64,000 bases of DNA, taken from Dictyostelium discoideum. Its lineage: Eukaryota. Positions 18,108 to 29,050 of the stretch are shown one piece after another (position 1 is the stretch's first letter; each line of letters starts with the position of its first letter). Location: contig CM000152.2 of assembly GCA_000004695.1 (NCBI GenBank), positions 896,001 to 960,000 of the forward strand, in the 5' to 3' direction. Below the pieces are notes generated by a model that saw only the letters and a program-made list of their open reading frames with translations, had not been told where the DNA came from and did no database searches. Both the position numbers and the translations under genes were made by a program.

Positions 18108-19845
18108 AATAATGAATAATATTTATTTATTTATATTTATTAATTTTTTTTTAAAAAAGGGAATTCAAAAAAAATCAAATGGATTACGTACTCAAATTTT
18201 AGGTAAATTAAATGATGATGGATCACCAATTTTTAAAAAAGATACAATACTTAATCATGTAGCTGAGGAATTAATAATAGATATGAAAGAAAATAAAGCA
18301 ATTGAGATTAAACATGAATTTTTTAGAGATATAGATTTTAATAGATTAAATCGTAAAACAAATAAAATTGGTGAAAATTGGATCACTGTGGATAAATTTC
18401 CATTTGGTTCACTTGTTATTCCAAAATTTAAAGAAATTTGTCACTCTGTTTTAAAAGAATTATTTTTAATTAATAGAGATGATACACTAATAAAAATAAA
18501 TTCATTAGCAGAAGATATTTTAATTGGATTTATTGATAGTTGTTTCAATGATAAAACTCCAGTTGGAAAGGAAATTTTATTTGAACTTTTTAAAAACCAT
18601 ATACTTAATAATAATAAAACTGATGAAATTGAATCATTATTCCCAATTGAAAGAATAATAAATAGTTGTATTATTAGAGATGATTGGTTTAGATTTAATT
18701 ATGGTAAATCAATAGCACAAGATTTATTTTTACCACATTTTCAAGATAGTTTTTCAATAAATGTTTATGAAAATTATCAATTATTCACACACAAAAATAT
18801 TTCTAAATTATCAGATAATGTATTGTTAAAGCATACAAATAGGAAAAAGTCAGAATCAATAGTGATTGGAGAATCATCAATTGTTAATAAGGAAAAGTTT
18901 ATTGAAAATTTTCATTTGGTTACAAATAATATGTTTAATGATTTTTCAAAAATTCCAAAAACATGTTATTTTATTGGTGGTATACTTACAGCATGTTTAA
19001 CAGATTCAATTAATGAAGATGAATATAGAGATAGCGATATTGATGTTTGTTTTACTGGTTATGAGTCAAATGATATTGTAGAGTTCGTTGAAACATATTT
19101 TGGATCTTTGGATGAATTACAAACTGATAAAACAACTACGATTCATGGTGATCATTTAACAATTTCAAAGTATTATCCAAATAGACATGTTCAAATTAAT
19201 CTTCACTTTTATCCTACACTTGAGAGCATTTTAGTAGGTGTTGATATCGATGCATCTTGTTTTGCATTCAATGGAAAGGATTTATACTGTTTGGAAAGAG
19301 CTATGCATTCAATAAATTATAGTATTAACATTGCTTGTGAATTTAACTTTAATGTTAGAGGTAATGGCCATTATCAAAAACGGTTGGTTAAATATTTAGA
19401 TCGTGGTTTTCATATCTACTATTTACCAACACCACAAATTAATTATTTTTTTAGTGATATTATACTTAAGGTGAGTGAAAATGATGGGTTCTCTCCAACA
19501 CTTAATCAGAATGGAATTGCTTTATTAGCATCAGCAAGCCTATCAAAACAAATTCTAAAAGAGTTAAAGAAACCATCATTTTCAATTCCTTATGGTCCAT
19601 CATATGATAAAATAAGTACAGATTTGTTCATTAGATCAACCTATAAATCTATGTATAATGGGTATTCAACACCAATGTGTCATAGAATTATAGATACTGT
19701 TGGTGAAGGCGAAGATTCAATTAATACCATTTTATTTGAAACCAGATCTATCGAGAGTCTATCTTTTAATAGATATTCATGGGAACAACATATCACCAAT
19801 GAAGCTTTAAGATCAAATTTATTTAATTATAACCAATTTTTTTAA
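17723..19845 (+). CDS. Hypothetical protein with nucleotidyltransferase-fold-like motif, 2 exons (17723..18070, 18160..19845)
   Basis: ORFs 17723..18103 and 18112..19845 are joined by an 89-nt intron, with donor GTAGGT at 18071 and acceptor AAAAAG at 18158-59 in phase 0. Internal motif FIGGILTACLTDSINEDEYRDSDIDVCF, followed about 60 aa later by LVGVDIDASCF. Confidence 0.55.
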
Positions 19846-19949
19846 ACTTTAAATAAATAAAAAAAAAAAAAGTAAAAAAACACCAATTGAATCAAAATTT
19901 ATTAATTTAAAATTAAAGAATAAAATTTATTTTTAATTTTTTTTTTTGT

Positions 19950-20760
19950 TTTTCGATTTTCATTTTCGTTTGTAATTTTTTATAGGCCCATATGGTTGGT
20001 TATATATTTGATTCAGAAAGTTTTGCTTTGTGGAAAGTTTTTTTTTTTTCCCTTCTTTGGATAAAAATGCAACTATTAATTAATATTTGTCGACACCACC
20101 TTTGTTACCAAGTGGGTTATTTAAATTATTAGTACTTTGATTATTTGATTTTTCAAAATTAATTGAAATTGATTTTGAGTTGATGTCATCAAAGGTTTTA
20201 TTTAAGGCTGATGATGAGGATTTATTTAAAATTTTTGTTAATGTAGTGAAAATCATTTTTTATTTTAATTTATTATTTTTATTAAATTAAACTATATTTT
20301 TTTATAAAATTATAATATTTTATTATTTTAAATTTTATTTAATTTAATTATATTTGTTTTGAATGAATAGAAATGAAAAATCATTTTTTTTATTAAATAC
20401 TTTTTAAAAAAATAAAAAAAATAAAATAAAAATAAAAAAATAAATAATTAATGTTAAAAATAGAATTCTATTTTAATAGTAACTTAACAAGTTGATGCTC
20501 CCCAATGGATTATTAAAAAAACGAAAAATAAGTTAATTTTAACATTATATTGATGATAAAATTGGATGGAAATGATGGAGAGAAAAATATCAAAAATAAA
20601 CATTCAACTGAAAATTATCAATATTATGATCGTTGTTATTTAGTATAACTATTTATTGAACATATAATATTCATTTTTACACTAATATTTCACTTTTAAT
20701 TGTGACTAATCCACAAATAATTTACCCCTTTATTTTTTAAATTATTTGTTTTTATTTTTA
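19950..20760. repeat. Direct repeat copy A, about 0.8 kb, paired with 22150..23010
   Basis: By eye, roughly 85-90% identity to copy B over blocks such as tttcgtttgtaat, cccatatggttggttata, ctttggataaaaat, ccacctttgttaccaagtgg and cacttttaattgtgac.aatccacaaat. Confidence 0.7.
20080..20256 (-). CDS. Small conserved ORF (58 aa) inside repeat copy A
   Basis: Translation MIFTTLTKILNKSSSSALNKTFDDINSKSISINFEKSNNQSTNNLNNPLGNKGGVDKY. The paralogous ORF in copy B differs by substitutions and one 3-nt indel that preserves the frame. Confidence 0.3.
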   Translation of the reverse strand: MIFTTLTKILNKSSSSALNKTFDDINSKSISINFEKSNNQSTNNLNNPLGNKGGVDKY

Positions 20761-21099
20761 AATTCGAACTAAAATAATTTTGTTAAACCCCTAAAAAAAA
20801 AAAAAATTAAAGTGCATTATGGGTTAAATAGTTTTTGTATTGTGGAATAATTTAAAAAATTTGGGTGTAAAAATGATTATTATTTTTTACCCAATAAAAT
20901 TAGTGCCAATTATATTAGTTATTTATCAGTTGGAAATACCTCATCGATCTGATTTAATAAGTTAAATGGGGATTATCTAATCATTCAATTTAGATAATCC
21001 TCCTTTAACTTATTTTTGGGTTTTAAACTATTTTTATCGAAAGCATTGATTTGTTAAATAACTATACTGTGATTATCAGTTCTATTTATAACTTTTTTT

Positions 21100-21143
<44 letters not shown>

Positions 21144-22149
21144 AAATAAAAAAAAAAAAAATTTTTTAATCAAAAATGAAAATTCTATTTCATTACCCAA
21201 ATAATTAAAAACAAATAAAAAAACGAAATTAAAATATAATCAACCTAAAAATGATTTCAATACTTTAACTAAAATTTCAAATAAAACATCATCATCATCA
21301 TCTTCAAATACAAGATTTGGTATTAATTCTAACTAGTTCAAATAAATTTTGGTAATAATTTAAAAATGATAGCTTCATTGTCAATTAATAAACTTGGTCC
21401 AAGAGGTGGTATTTGACAAATCAAAAATTCAATTTTCAATTATAAAATTATGCTCTCGATTGTGCACGAAAAAAAAAAAAAAAAAAATTAAATAAAACTT
21501 TCATTTTTCTATGATTTTAATTTATTTTTTAATTTTATTATATTTCAACTATTATTTGTATTTAATTTATTTTAATTTACCACCATTGAAAAATCAAAAA
21601 TATAATTAAAAAATAAAATTAGTTAAAAAAAAAAAAAAGTATGAAATGATTTTTGGAACAATTATTATACAAATATAATCAATTTTTTACACATTGTTCA
21701 ATTGATTGAAAAATAATATAATAACCCCATATTATATTTTATATGATTTTATTACACTAGAGTTTTATTGAACAACCCCACCACAAAAAAAAAAATAAAA
21801 AAAAATAATTTAATAATTAAATAAAAAAATTGAATTATTTGTGGACTTACCGCCATGGCAAAGATGAATGATTATAGATTGTATAATTGAATTATGAACA
21901 ATAATAATATTTATTTTCATTTGTCACTATTTTTGGTTTATTGTTTTTATATATTTTTACACGTTTTCAAATCGATCAATAAAGATTTATCATCTTACTA
22001 TAAAATAAAAAGAAATACAACAAAATAAATTAAAAAAATTAAAATTAAATAAAATAAATTCCAATATGAAATTATATTATCTTTAAAAAAAAAATTAAAA
22101 TTTAATTAAAAAATAAATTTTTTTTTAAAGTTTATTTTAATTTAATTGT

Positions 22150-23010
22150 TTTTCAATTTATTTTTTCGTTTGTAATATTTTTTATAAACCCATATGGTTG
22201 GTTATAAATTTAATTCGGAAAGTTTTGTTTTGTTGAATTTGGAGTGGAAATTCCCTTTTTTTTTCTTTGGATAAAAATACAATTATTAATTAAAAGTTCT
22301 TGATATACCACCTTTGTTACCAAGTGGATTATTTAAAATAATAGTACTTTGATTATTAGATTTTTCAAAATTAATTGAAATTGATTTCGAATTGATATCA
22401 AAGGTTTTATTTAAGGCTGACGATGAGGATTTATTTAAAATTTTTGTTAATGAAGTGAAAATCATTTTTTATTTTAATTATTTTTATAAACTATTTAGAT
22501 ATTATCTTATTAAAATAATAATATTTAATTATAAATTTTTTTTTTTTAATTGTATTGAGTAATGAATAGAAATGAAAAATCATTTTTTTTATTAAATACT
22601 TATTAAAAAAAATAAAAATTAAATAAAAAAATAAAAATAAAAGAAAATAATAAAATAAAAATAATAAATGTTAAAAATAGAATTCTATTTTAATAGTGAC
22701 TTATCAAGTCGATGCTTGAGAATGTATTATTAAAAAACGAGAAATAAGTTAATATTGTAATTAAATTGTAATTAAATTGATGATATAATTGGATCGAAAT
22801 GATGGAGAGAAAAATATCAAAAATAATATTCAACTGAAAATTAACAATATTATGATAGTTGTTATTCAGTACAATTATTTATTGAACAAATAATATTCAT
22901 TTTTACACAAATATTTCACTTTTAATTGTGACCAATCCACAAATTACAAACAAATAATTCACCCCCTTTTTTATTTTAAATTATTTGTTTTTTATTATTT
23001 TTTCTTTTTT
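22150..23010. repeat. Direct repeat copy B, about 0.86 kb, paired with 19950..20760
   Basis: Same conserved blocks in the same order and orientation as copy A. Confidence 0.7.
22286..22465 (-). CDS. Small conserved ORF (59 aa) inside repeat copy B
   Basis: Translation MIFTSLTKILNKSSSSALNKTFDINSKSISINFEKSNNQSTIILNNPLGNKGGISRTFN. This is a paralogue of the copy A ORF. Confidence 0.3.
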   Translation of the reverse strand: MIFTSLTKILNKSSSSALNKTFDINSKSISINFEKSNNQSTIILNNPLGNKGGISRTFN

Positions 23011-23080
23011 TTTATTTTTTTTTTTTAGTGGTTGAACAAATAAACTTAAGGTTTCAATTCAAAACACAATTATTAAAAAT

Positions 23081-23276
23081 AAAAAAAAACCCAATTCAAT
23101 GATTAATAATTAATATTAAAAAAAAAAAAATCAATATTTCTATAAAATAAAAAAATAAAAAAATAAAAATAAGATTTCAATGAAATTATTATTGACTTTA
23201 ATCTTAAATTCCTACTCTAAAATTTTTTTTATTTTTTTTTTAAATAATTATTAATCATTGAATTGGGTTTTTTTTA
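23081..23276. repeat. 31-bp perfect inverted repeat pair (23081..23114 / 23244..23276) flanking about 130 bp; MITE-like
   Basis: aaaaaaaacccaattcaatgattaataatta and its exact reverse complement aataattattaatcattgaattgggtttttttt, located immediately after repeat copy B. Confidence 0.5.
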
Positions 23277-23656
23277 ATCCAAATACTTTGGTAAAATTAC
23301 TAACAAAATGTTCAAGTATATTTATATATATTTATTATTTTTAAATCATTAATTTTTAGATCCCAACCAAAATAATTTTGTTTATTTTTTATATAAAAAA
23401 AAAAAAATAAAAAAAATAAAAAGAATATAAAAAAATAAAAAAATTAAAAAAAAGTGATAAGATTAGATCCATGGAGAAATGGTGATTATTCAATTAATAT
23501 CACAAATGAAAGTATTAAAATCAAATGAACAAATTAATAATCAAACTTTTTAATTATTAAAACAATACAATACAATACAATACAATTTATTTATTTTTTA
23601 ATTTTTTTTTTTATTATTTTTTTTATTTTATTTTATTTTTATAAAGATAATTTGAA

Positions 23657-26533
23657 TCAGTTTGCATTTGCAAATTCTCTTGAAACGAGAATAGCTTCAT
23701 CGATTTTATCTAATTTAGAACCAACACCTTGAGCAACATCAACTTTACCACCACCTTTACCACCTAAAACTTCGGTAACCTTTACAACCCAAGCATTTGC
23801 AGTTAAAGTTTTTGAGATTTCAGAATCTTTTGGAACGATACCAATGCAAGTAACTTTACCTTTTTCTTCATCTGGACTAATTAACATGATTGCAGTCATT
23901 GGTGATTTAGTTTGAATTTTTTTAATGGTTTCAGTGATTAAAGGAGTATTTGAATTGAAGTTTACTAAATCTACGAAAACCTTTGGTTGAGATTTAGCCA
24001 ATTCTTCAGAGGTTTTCTCTAAATAGGTTTGAGCTTGTTGAGCCAAGATGGTTTCTTGTTCTTTGACTTGTTTTCTTTGGAGTGCTTGAACTTCCTTCAA
24101 AGTTTCAACCAAATTCATACGAACACTTGCTGAAATGGTGACAACCTTGAGAAGATCTAATAAGGAAACGATTTCCTTGGCAAGTTCTGAACCTGATAAT
24201 TTGAGGGCATTATTGAATCTGACTTCCAATTCTTTATTGAGTTCTATAGCAGAGGCAGCTTCAGAACCAGTGACAGCGACGATACGACGTACACCAGCAC
24301 CCAAAGTTTCTTCAGAGGTAATGGTGAAGAGTTCAGCTTGTTTAGTGTTTGACAAATGTGTACCACCACAAAATTCGATGGAATAGTTTGCCCATTCTGG
24401 ATTGGTTGGATTTTCAATCAATTGTTCAACTGGTACACCAACAGAGACAACTCTAACTGGATCTGGATAAACTTCACCGAAAACTGCACGAAGACCATTG
24501 ATCTTTTTAGCGGAAGCCAAACCGACCTCTTTGGCGTGAACATCGAGTTGTTTAAAGATTTGATCATTAACGATTTGGTCAATTTTAATGAGTTCATCCT
24601 TGGTGATTGCTCTACCAAATGAAAAATCGAATCTGAAACGTTGAGCGTCGACAAAGGAACCACGTTGATCGATACCATCACCTAAAATATTCTTGAGTGC
24701 GTAATTGACCATATGAGTTGATGTATGATTTGACATAATTGGTGAACGACGAGTATAGTCGACGGTGAGTTCAACACGATCACCAACTTTCAAAGAATCG
24801 CATTCATAGGAGAGGTAACCAATATGAAGTACATAACCACCAAATACTTTACAATCCTTGACGTCGAAAGCAGTCTTTTGATCATCGATGAAACTCAATT
24901 GACCAATATCATAGATTTGACCACCTTGTTCAGCGTAAAAGTTTGAATTCTCTAAAACTACACCAATTAAGGTACCCTTTGGAGCAGTGTCAACAAATTC
25001 CTTACCATTCCAAATGGCTTTGATAACTGATTGAATTTCATGTTGTTTATATTTGAATGAATCATCGGTTGGTTTGATATCGTTATTCTTTAACCATGCA
25101 TTTGCTTCAGCACCGAGTGTTAATTCGACCTTCTTTTCCTTTTGACGTTTACGATCGATTTCAGATTGAGCTTCACAGAGTCCTTCATAACCTTTGATAT
25201 CGACTTTGTAATTCTTTTCTTCGGCCATAATGGTGGTTAAATCGATTGGGAAACCATAACAAGTTGAAAGGAAATAAGCATTCTCGGCAGAGAGGGTATT
25301 ATTTACACTCTTTTTGATCATTTTTTCAAATTCAACAATACCTTTCTCCAAAGTTTTATTGAACATATCCTCCTCACGAGTGAGTACCATTTTGATGTGT
25401 TCTGGTTTCTTTCTGAGTTCTGGGAAGAATTCACCAAAGTTTGCAATGACAACATCAACCAATTTAGAGAAGAAACCAGCTGGTGCATTTAATTTTTGTT
25501 TACCATAACGGACGGCACGACGAAGGATTCTACGGAGGACTTGACCTCTACCATCGACGGATGGGGCGGCACCATCAGCAATTGAGAATGTGAGTGTACG
25601 AATGTGATCGGCAATGACACGATAGGCCATATCAACTTGTTGTGTATCTTCAGCACCGACTTTTCCACCGTATGGTTCTGGATAACCAGTTACCTCTTGA
25701 ATGGCGGCAAAGATTGGCATAAAAACATCGGTATCATAATTGGTTGGTACTTTTTGAATGATTGAAGTTAAACGTTCGAGACCCATACCAGTGTCGACGT
25801 GTTTTTGTGGTAATGGACGTAAGGATTTATCAGCCTCACGATTATATTGAATGAAAACCAAATTCCAAATTTCAATCAAAGTTGGGTCATCAGCATTGAC
25901 AAAGGAGGCACCATCACGACCTTCCACTTTGTCATAGTGGATCTCTGAACATGGACCACATGGACCTTGGTCACCCATCTCCCAAAAGTTCTCTTTCATA
26001 CCGAATGGGAGCACACGTTCCTCTGGTAAATATTGCAACCAAAGGTTCTTTGCTTCGAGATCTGCTTCCAATCCTTTCTCTGGGTCACCTCTAAAGTAAG
26101 TGACATATAAACGTTCTTTATCTAATTTGTATACCTCTGTCAATAATTCCCATGCCCAAGTGATTGCCTCCTTCTTAAAGTAATTGCCAAATGACCAATT
26201 ACCCAACATCTCAAAGAAGGTGTGATGATAAGTATCCTTACCTACATCATCCAAATCATTATGTTTACCACCTGCACGAATACATTTTTGACTATTGACT
26301 GCTCTCTTCAATTTTGCTTGTTCTGATTTTGGATTAACTTGTCCTAAAAAGATTGGTTTAAATTGATTCATACCTGCATTTGCAAATAATAAAGTTGGAT
26401 CATCATGTGGAATTACTGCTGATGATGGAACAAATGTATGTTCACATTTCTCTCTAAAAAAATCGATAAAAGTTTTTCTAATTTGATTAACATCCATTTT
26501 TTTTCTTCTTTTATATTTTCTCTCTCCTTCCAA
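23657..26533 (-). CDS. alaS: Alanyl-tRNA synthetase (class II aaRS), cytoplasmic
   Basis: 958-codon ORF with LLFANAGMNQFKPIFLG (AlaRS motif), HYDKVEGRDGASFVNADDPTLIEIWNLVFIQYNRE, editing-domain HTSTHM, and a C-terminal domain. The true start may be the second Met (MDVNQIRKTF). Confidence 0.9.
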   Translation of the reverse strand: MEGERKYKRRKKMDVNQIRKTFIDFFREKCEHTFVPSSAVIPHDDPTLLFANAGMNQFKPIFLGQVNPKSEQAKLKRAVNSQKCIRAGGKHNDLDDVGKDTYHHTFFEMLGNWSFGNYFKKEAITWAWELLTEVYKLDKERLYVTYFRGDPEKGLEADLEAKNLWLQYLPEERVLPFGMKENFWEMGDQGPCGPCSEIHYDKVEGRDGASFVNADDPTLIEIWNLVFIQYNREADKSLRPLPQKHVDTGMGLERLTSIIQKVPTNYDTDVFMPIFAAIQEVTGYPEPYGGKVGAEDTQQVDMAYRVIADHIRTLTFSIADGAAPSVDGRGQVLRRILRRAVRYGKQKLNAPAGFFSKLVDVVIANFGEFFPELRKKPEHIKMVLTREEDMFNKTLEKGIVEFEKMIKKSVNNTLSAENAYFLSTCYGFPIDLTTIMAEEKNYKVDIKGYEGLCEAQSEIDRKRQKEKKVELTLGAEANAWLKNNDIKPTDDSFKYKQHEIQSVIKAIWNGKEFVDTAPKGTLIGVVLENSNFYAEQGGQIYDIGQLSFIDDQKTAFDVKDCKVFGGYVLHIGYLSYECDSLKVGDRVELTVDYTRRSPIMSNHTSTHMVNYALKNILGDGIDQRGSFVDAQRFRFDFSFGRAITKDELIKIDQIVNDQIFKQLDVHAKEVGLASAKKINGLRAVFGEVYPDPVRVVSVGVPVEQLIENPTNPEWANYSIEFCGGTHLSNTKQAELFTITSEETLGAGVRRIVAVTGSEAASAIELNKELEVRFNNALKLSGSELAKEIVSLLDLLKVVTISASVRMNLVETLKEVQALQRKQVKEQETILAQQAQTYLEKTSEELAKSQPKVFVDLVNFNSNTPLITETIKKIQTKSPMTAIMLISPDEEKGKVTCIGIVPKDSEISKTLTANAWVVKVTEVLGGKGGGKVDVAQGVGSKLDKIDEAILVSREFANAN

Positions 26534-27435
26534 AATATCTATATTTAAAAAAAAAAATAAATAAATAAATTAAAAAGAAAAAAAAAAATGAAAAAAAAAA
26601 TTTTTGTTTTGAAAAAAAAAAAAAAAAAATAAAAATAAAAAAAAAATTAAAAAAATTTTAAAGTTGTCGGTTTATAAAGAAATTAAGAAAAAAAAAAAAA
26701 TTAAAACTTAAAATTTATTTAATAAAATAAAAACAAAAAAGGTTACAAAATATTTTACTAAAGACCTATTCTTATCAAATTCCTAACTTATCAATTTTTT
26801 TTTTATTTTATTTTTATTTTATTTTTTTATTTTATTTTTATTTTTTTTTATTTTTTATTTTTTTAATTTTTTTTTAATTTTTTTTAATTTTTTTTTTGAT
26901 TTCTTTTTTTTTATTATTTTTGTGGTGAATTGGGGTGATATGTGTAAACCATTCACACCAATCGTTTTTTTTTTTTTTTTTTTTTTTTTTTTGGAATTAA
27001 TTTGGTAATTAAATTTTTATACAATTTTGGTATAGATTTTAAATCCTCACTTACTTTATTTTTTTCTTAAAATAACAAAAATTAAAAAAAAAAAAATAGA
27101 TAAAAAATTATTTTATTTTTATTTTTATTTTAAGAAATTTCTTTTTTTTTTTTTCTAACAAATCTGATTTTAACCAAAAATTTAATTGTTAGAATTTAAT
27201 TATTCATCATTAATTTTTATTTAATTCACTTATTTTTGATTAGATTTAAAAATAATAAAAAAATAAATGTTCATTAAATTATCTCATTTTTTTAATTAGA
27301 TTTAAATTAAAAAAATTGTTTTATTTTAATATGGGTTTTTTTTATTATTATTAAAAAAAGTAAATTATAAAAAAAAAAAAATAATAAAAAAAAAAAAAAT
27401 AAAGATTTTTATTTTAATCTTTAATGATTTTTATT

Positions 27436-27743
27436 TTAATCTTTAATTAAACATTCTTTTGGGCATTTGAAAGTATATTTAACACATTCACTTTTATCTC
27501 TTTGTTTTCCATTATCATCTGAACAACCATGATTTTTCAAACATTGTTTGATACAAGCTTTGTGATCACTTTCAATATCTGCCATACAAATTTGATTTGA
27601 TGACATTAAAGCTAAAAATGCGATAATTGCAACTAATAATAATTTATAATTCTAATAATTAAAAAATTAATAAAAATACTAATTCTTTTTTTCTTATCTT
27701 TGTTTAAAAAAAATAAAAAAATAAAAAAATAAATTCCTACCAT
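27436..27743 (-). CDS. Small secreted cysteine-rich protein (~72 aa); tentative 2-exon model (27743..27741 ATG only, 27651..27436)
   Basis: The minus-strand frame encodes NYKLLLVAIIAFLALMSSNQICMA (signal-peptide-like), then DIESDHKACIKQCLKNHGCSDDNGKQRDKSECVKYTFKCPKECLIKD with 8 Cys. An upstream ATG immediately followed by GTAGGA, plus acceptor ATTATTAG at 27652-53, would supply the initiator via an 89-nt intron. Confidence 0.35.
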
Positions 27744-27829
27744 TATTTAAAATTTTTTCAATCTTATTTACTAAATTTAATTTTTATTCCTCTATTTATA
27801 CCTTTTTTTTTTCAAAAAAAAAAAAAAAA

Positions 27830-27863
<34 letters not shown>

Positions 27864-28370
27864 ATAATAATAATAATTATAAAAAAAAAAAAAAAGATTT
27901 AAATGATTAATAGACAATTATTTGAAAATAAAATTATAATAAATTATGATGTATTAAATAATTCATTGACAATCTAGAAAAATTTAAATTATTTTATATT
28001 ATTTACCACCAAAAAAAAAAATAAAAAAAAAATAAAAAAAATAAAAAAAAAATAATAAAATAATAATAACAAAAAAAAATAAAAAATTCAATGTTGTGGT
28101 GATTGAATTACCATGGTTTATGATACATTAGTATTTTTACTATTAATACCACACTATTATTCTTAAAACGATTATATTCCAACATTTTTTTTTTTATTCT
28201 TTCCAACCCAATTTCCAATTATCCCCGCCTTTTTTTTTTTTTTTCATATTTTTTTTTTTAATTTTTTTTTTTTTTTAATTTTTTTTTTTTGTCAGTTTTG
28301 GTTACCAAAAAAAAAAAAAAAAAAAAAAAAATCAAAAAAATAATTTATTAATAATAATAATTAATAAATA

Positions 28371-28425
28371 ATGGAAGATATTTCAACTATCAAAAAGCTA
28401 GAAGGATTATCAGTTCATTGCGAAG

Positions 28426-28456
<31 letters not shown>

Positions 28457-29018
28457 TAAGGAAAATATAAATAATGATGATAATAACATCAATCCAAATC
28501 GAAATGCAACATCATCACTTTTAAAAGGAAATATTCAACAAGTTAAAAAGAAAAAAGTATTTGCTAGATTACACTTATTTAATAGAGATGGCACTGTTAA
28601 ACAAATTGTTGAAATGAGAAAATATAAATTTATAATTGGATCGTATGTTTTTTTTTTTTTTTTTTTTTTCCTAAAAACTCTCTCTCTCTCATTTCATAAT
28701 ATATTAATATAATGAAAACACTGTAGTGATCAAAAATCAACGGATATTTTAATAACAAGACCAGGTGTTTATTCAAATCATGCAGAGATTATTTATGATA
28801 AAGAAGTTAGAAAATTTTATTTAAATCCATTAGTTGATCCAAGTATATCAGATACAATTAGAATTAATTTCATACCATTCATTAATAAAAAGGAAGTACT
28901 TGGTAATAATGATATAATTTCAATTGGTTTAAGAGCATTCAGAATTGAATTTTTTGCACCAGTTTATGTTGATAATTTAATTTTACCAAAGAATATTCAA
29001 CCACAACAACAACAACAA

Positions 29019-29050
<32 letters not shown>

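Noticed and set aside
20395-20620. Second conserved ORF in the direct repeats (MEMMERKISKINIQLKIINIMIVVI)
   Set aside because: The corresponding segment in copy B has a frame-breaking difference and an early stop. It is therefore not conserved as coding, unlike the 58/59-aa ORF.
26497-26533. N-terminal MEGERKYKRRKK extension of AlaRS as a separate feature
   Set aside because: I cannot decide between the first and second Met from sequence alone. I kept the longest ORF and noted the alternative start.
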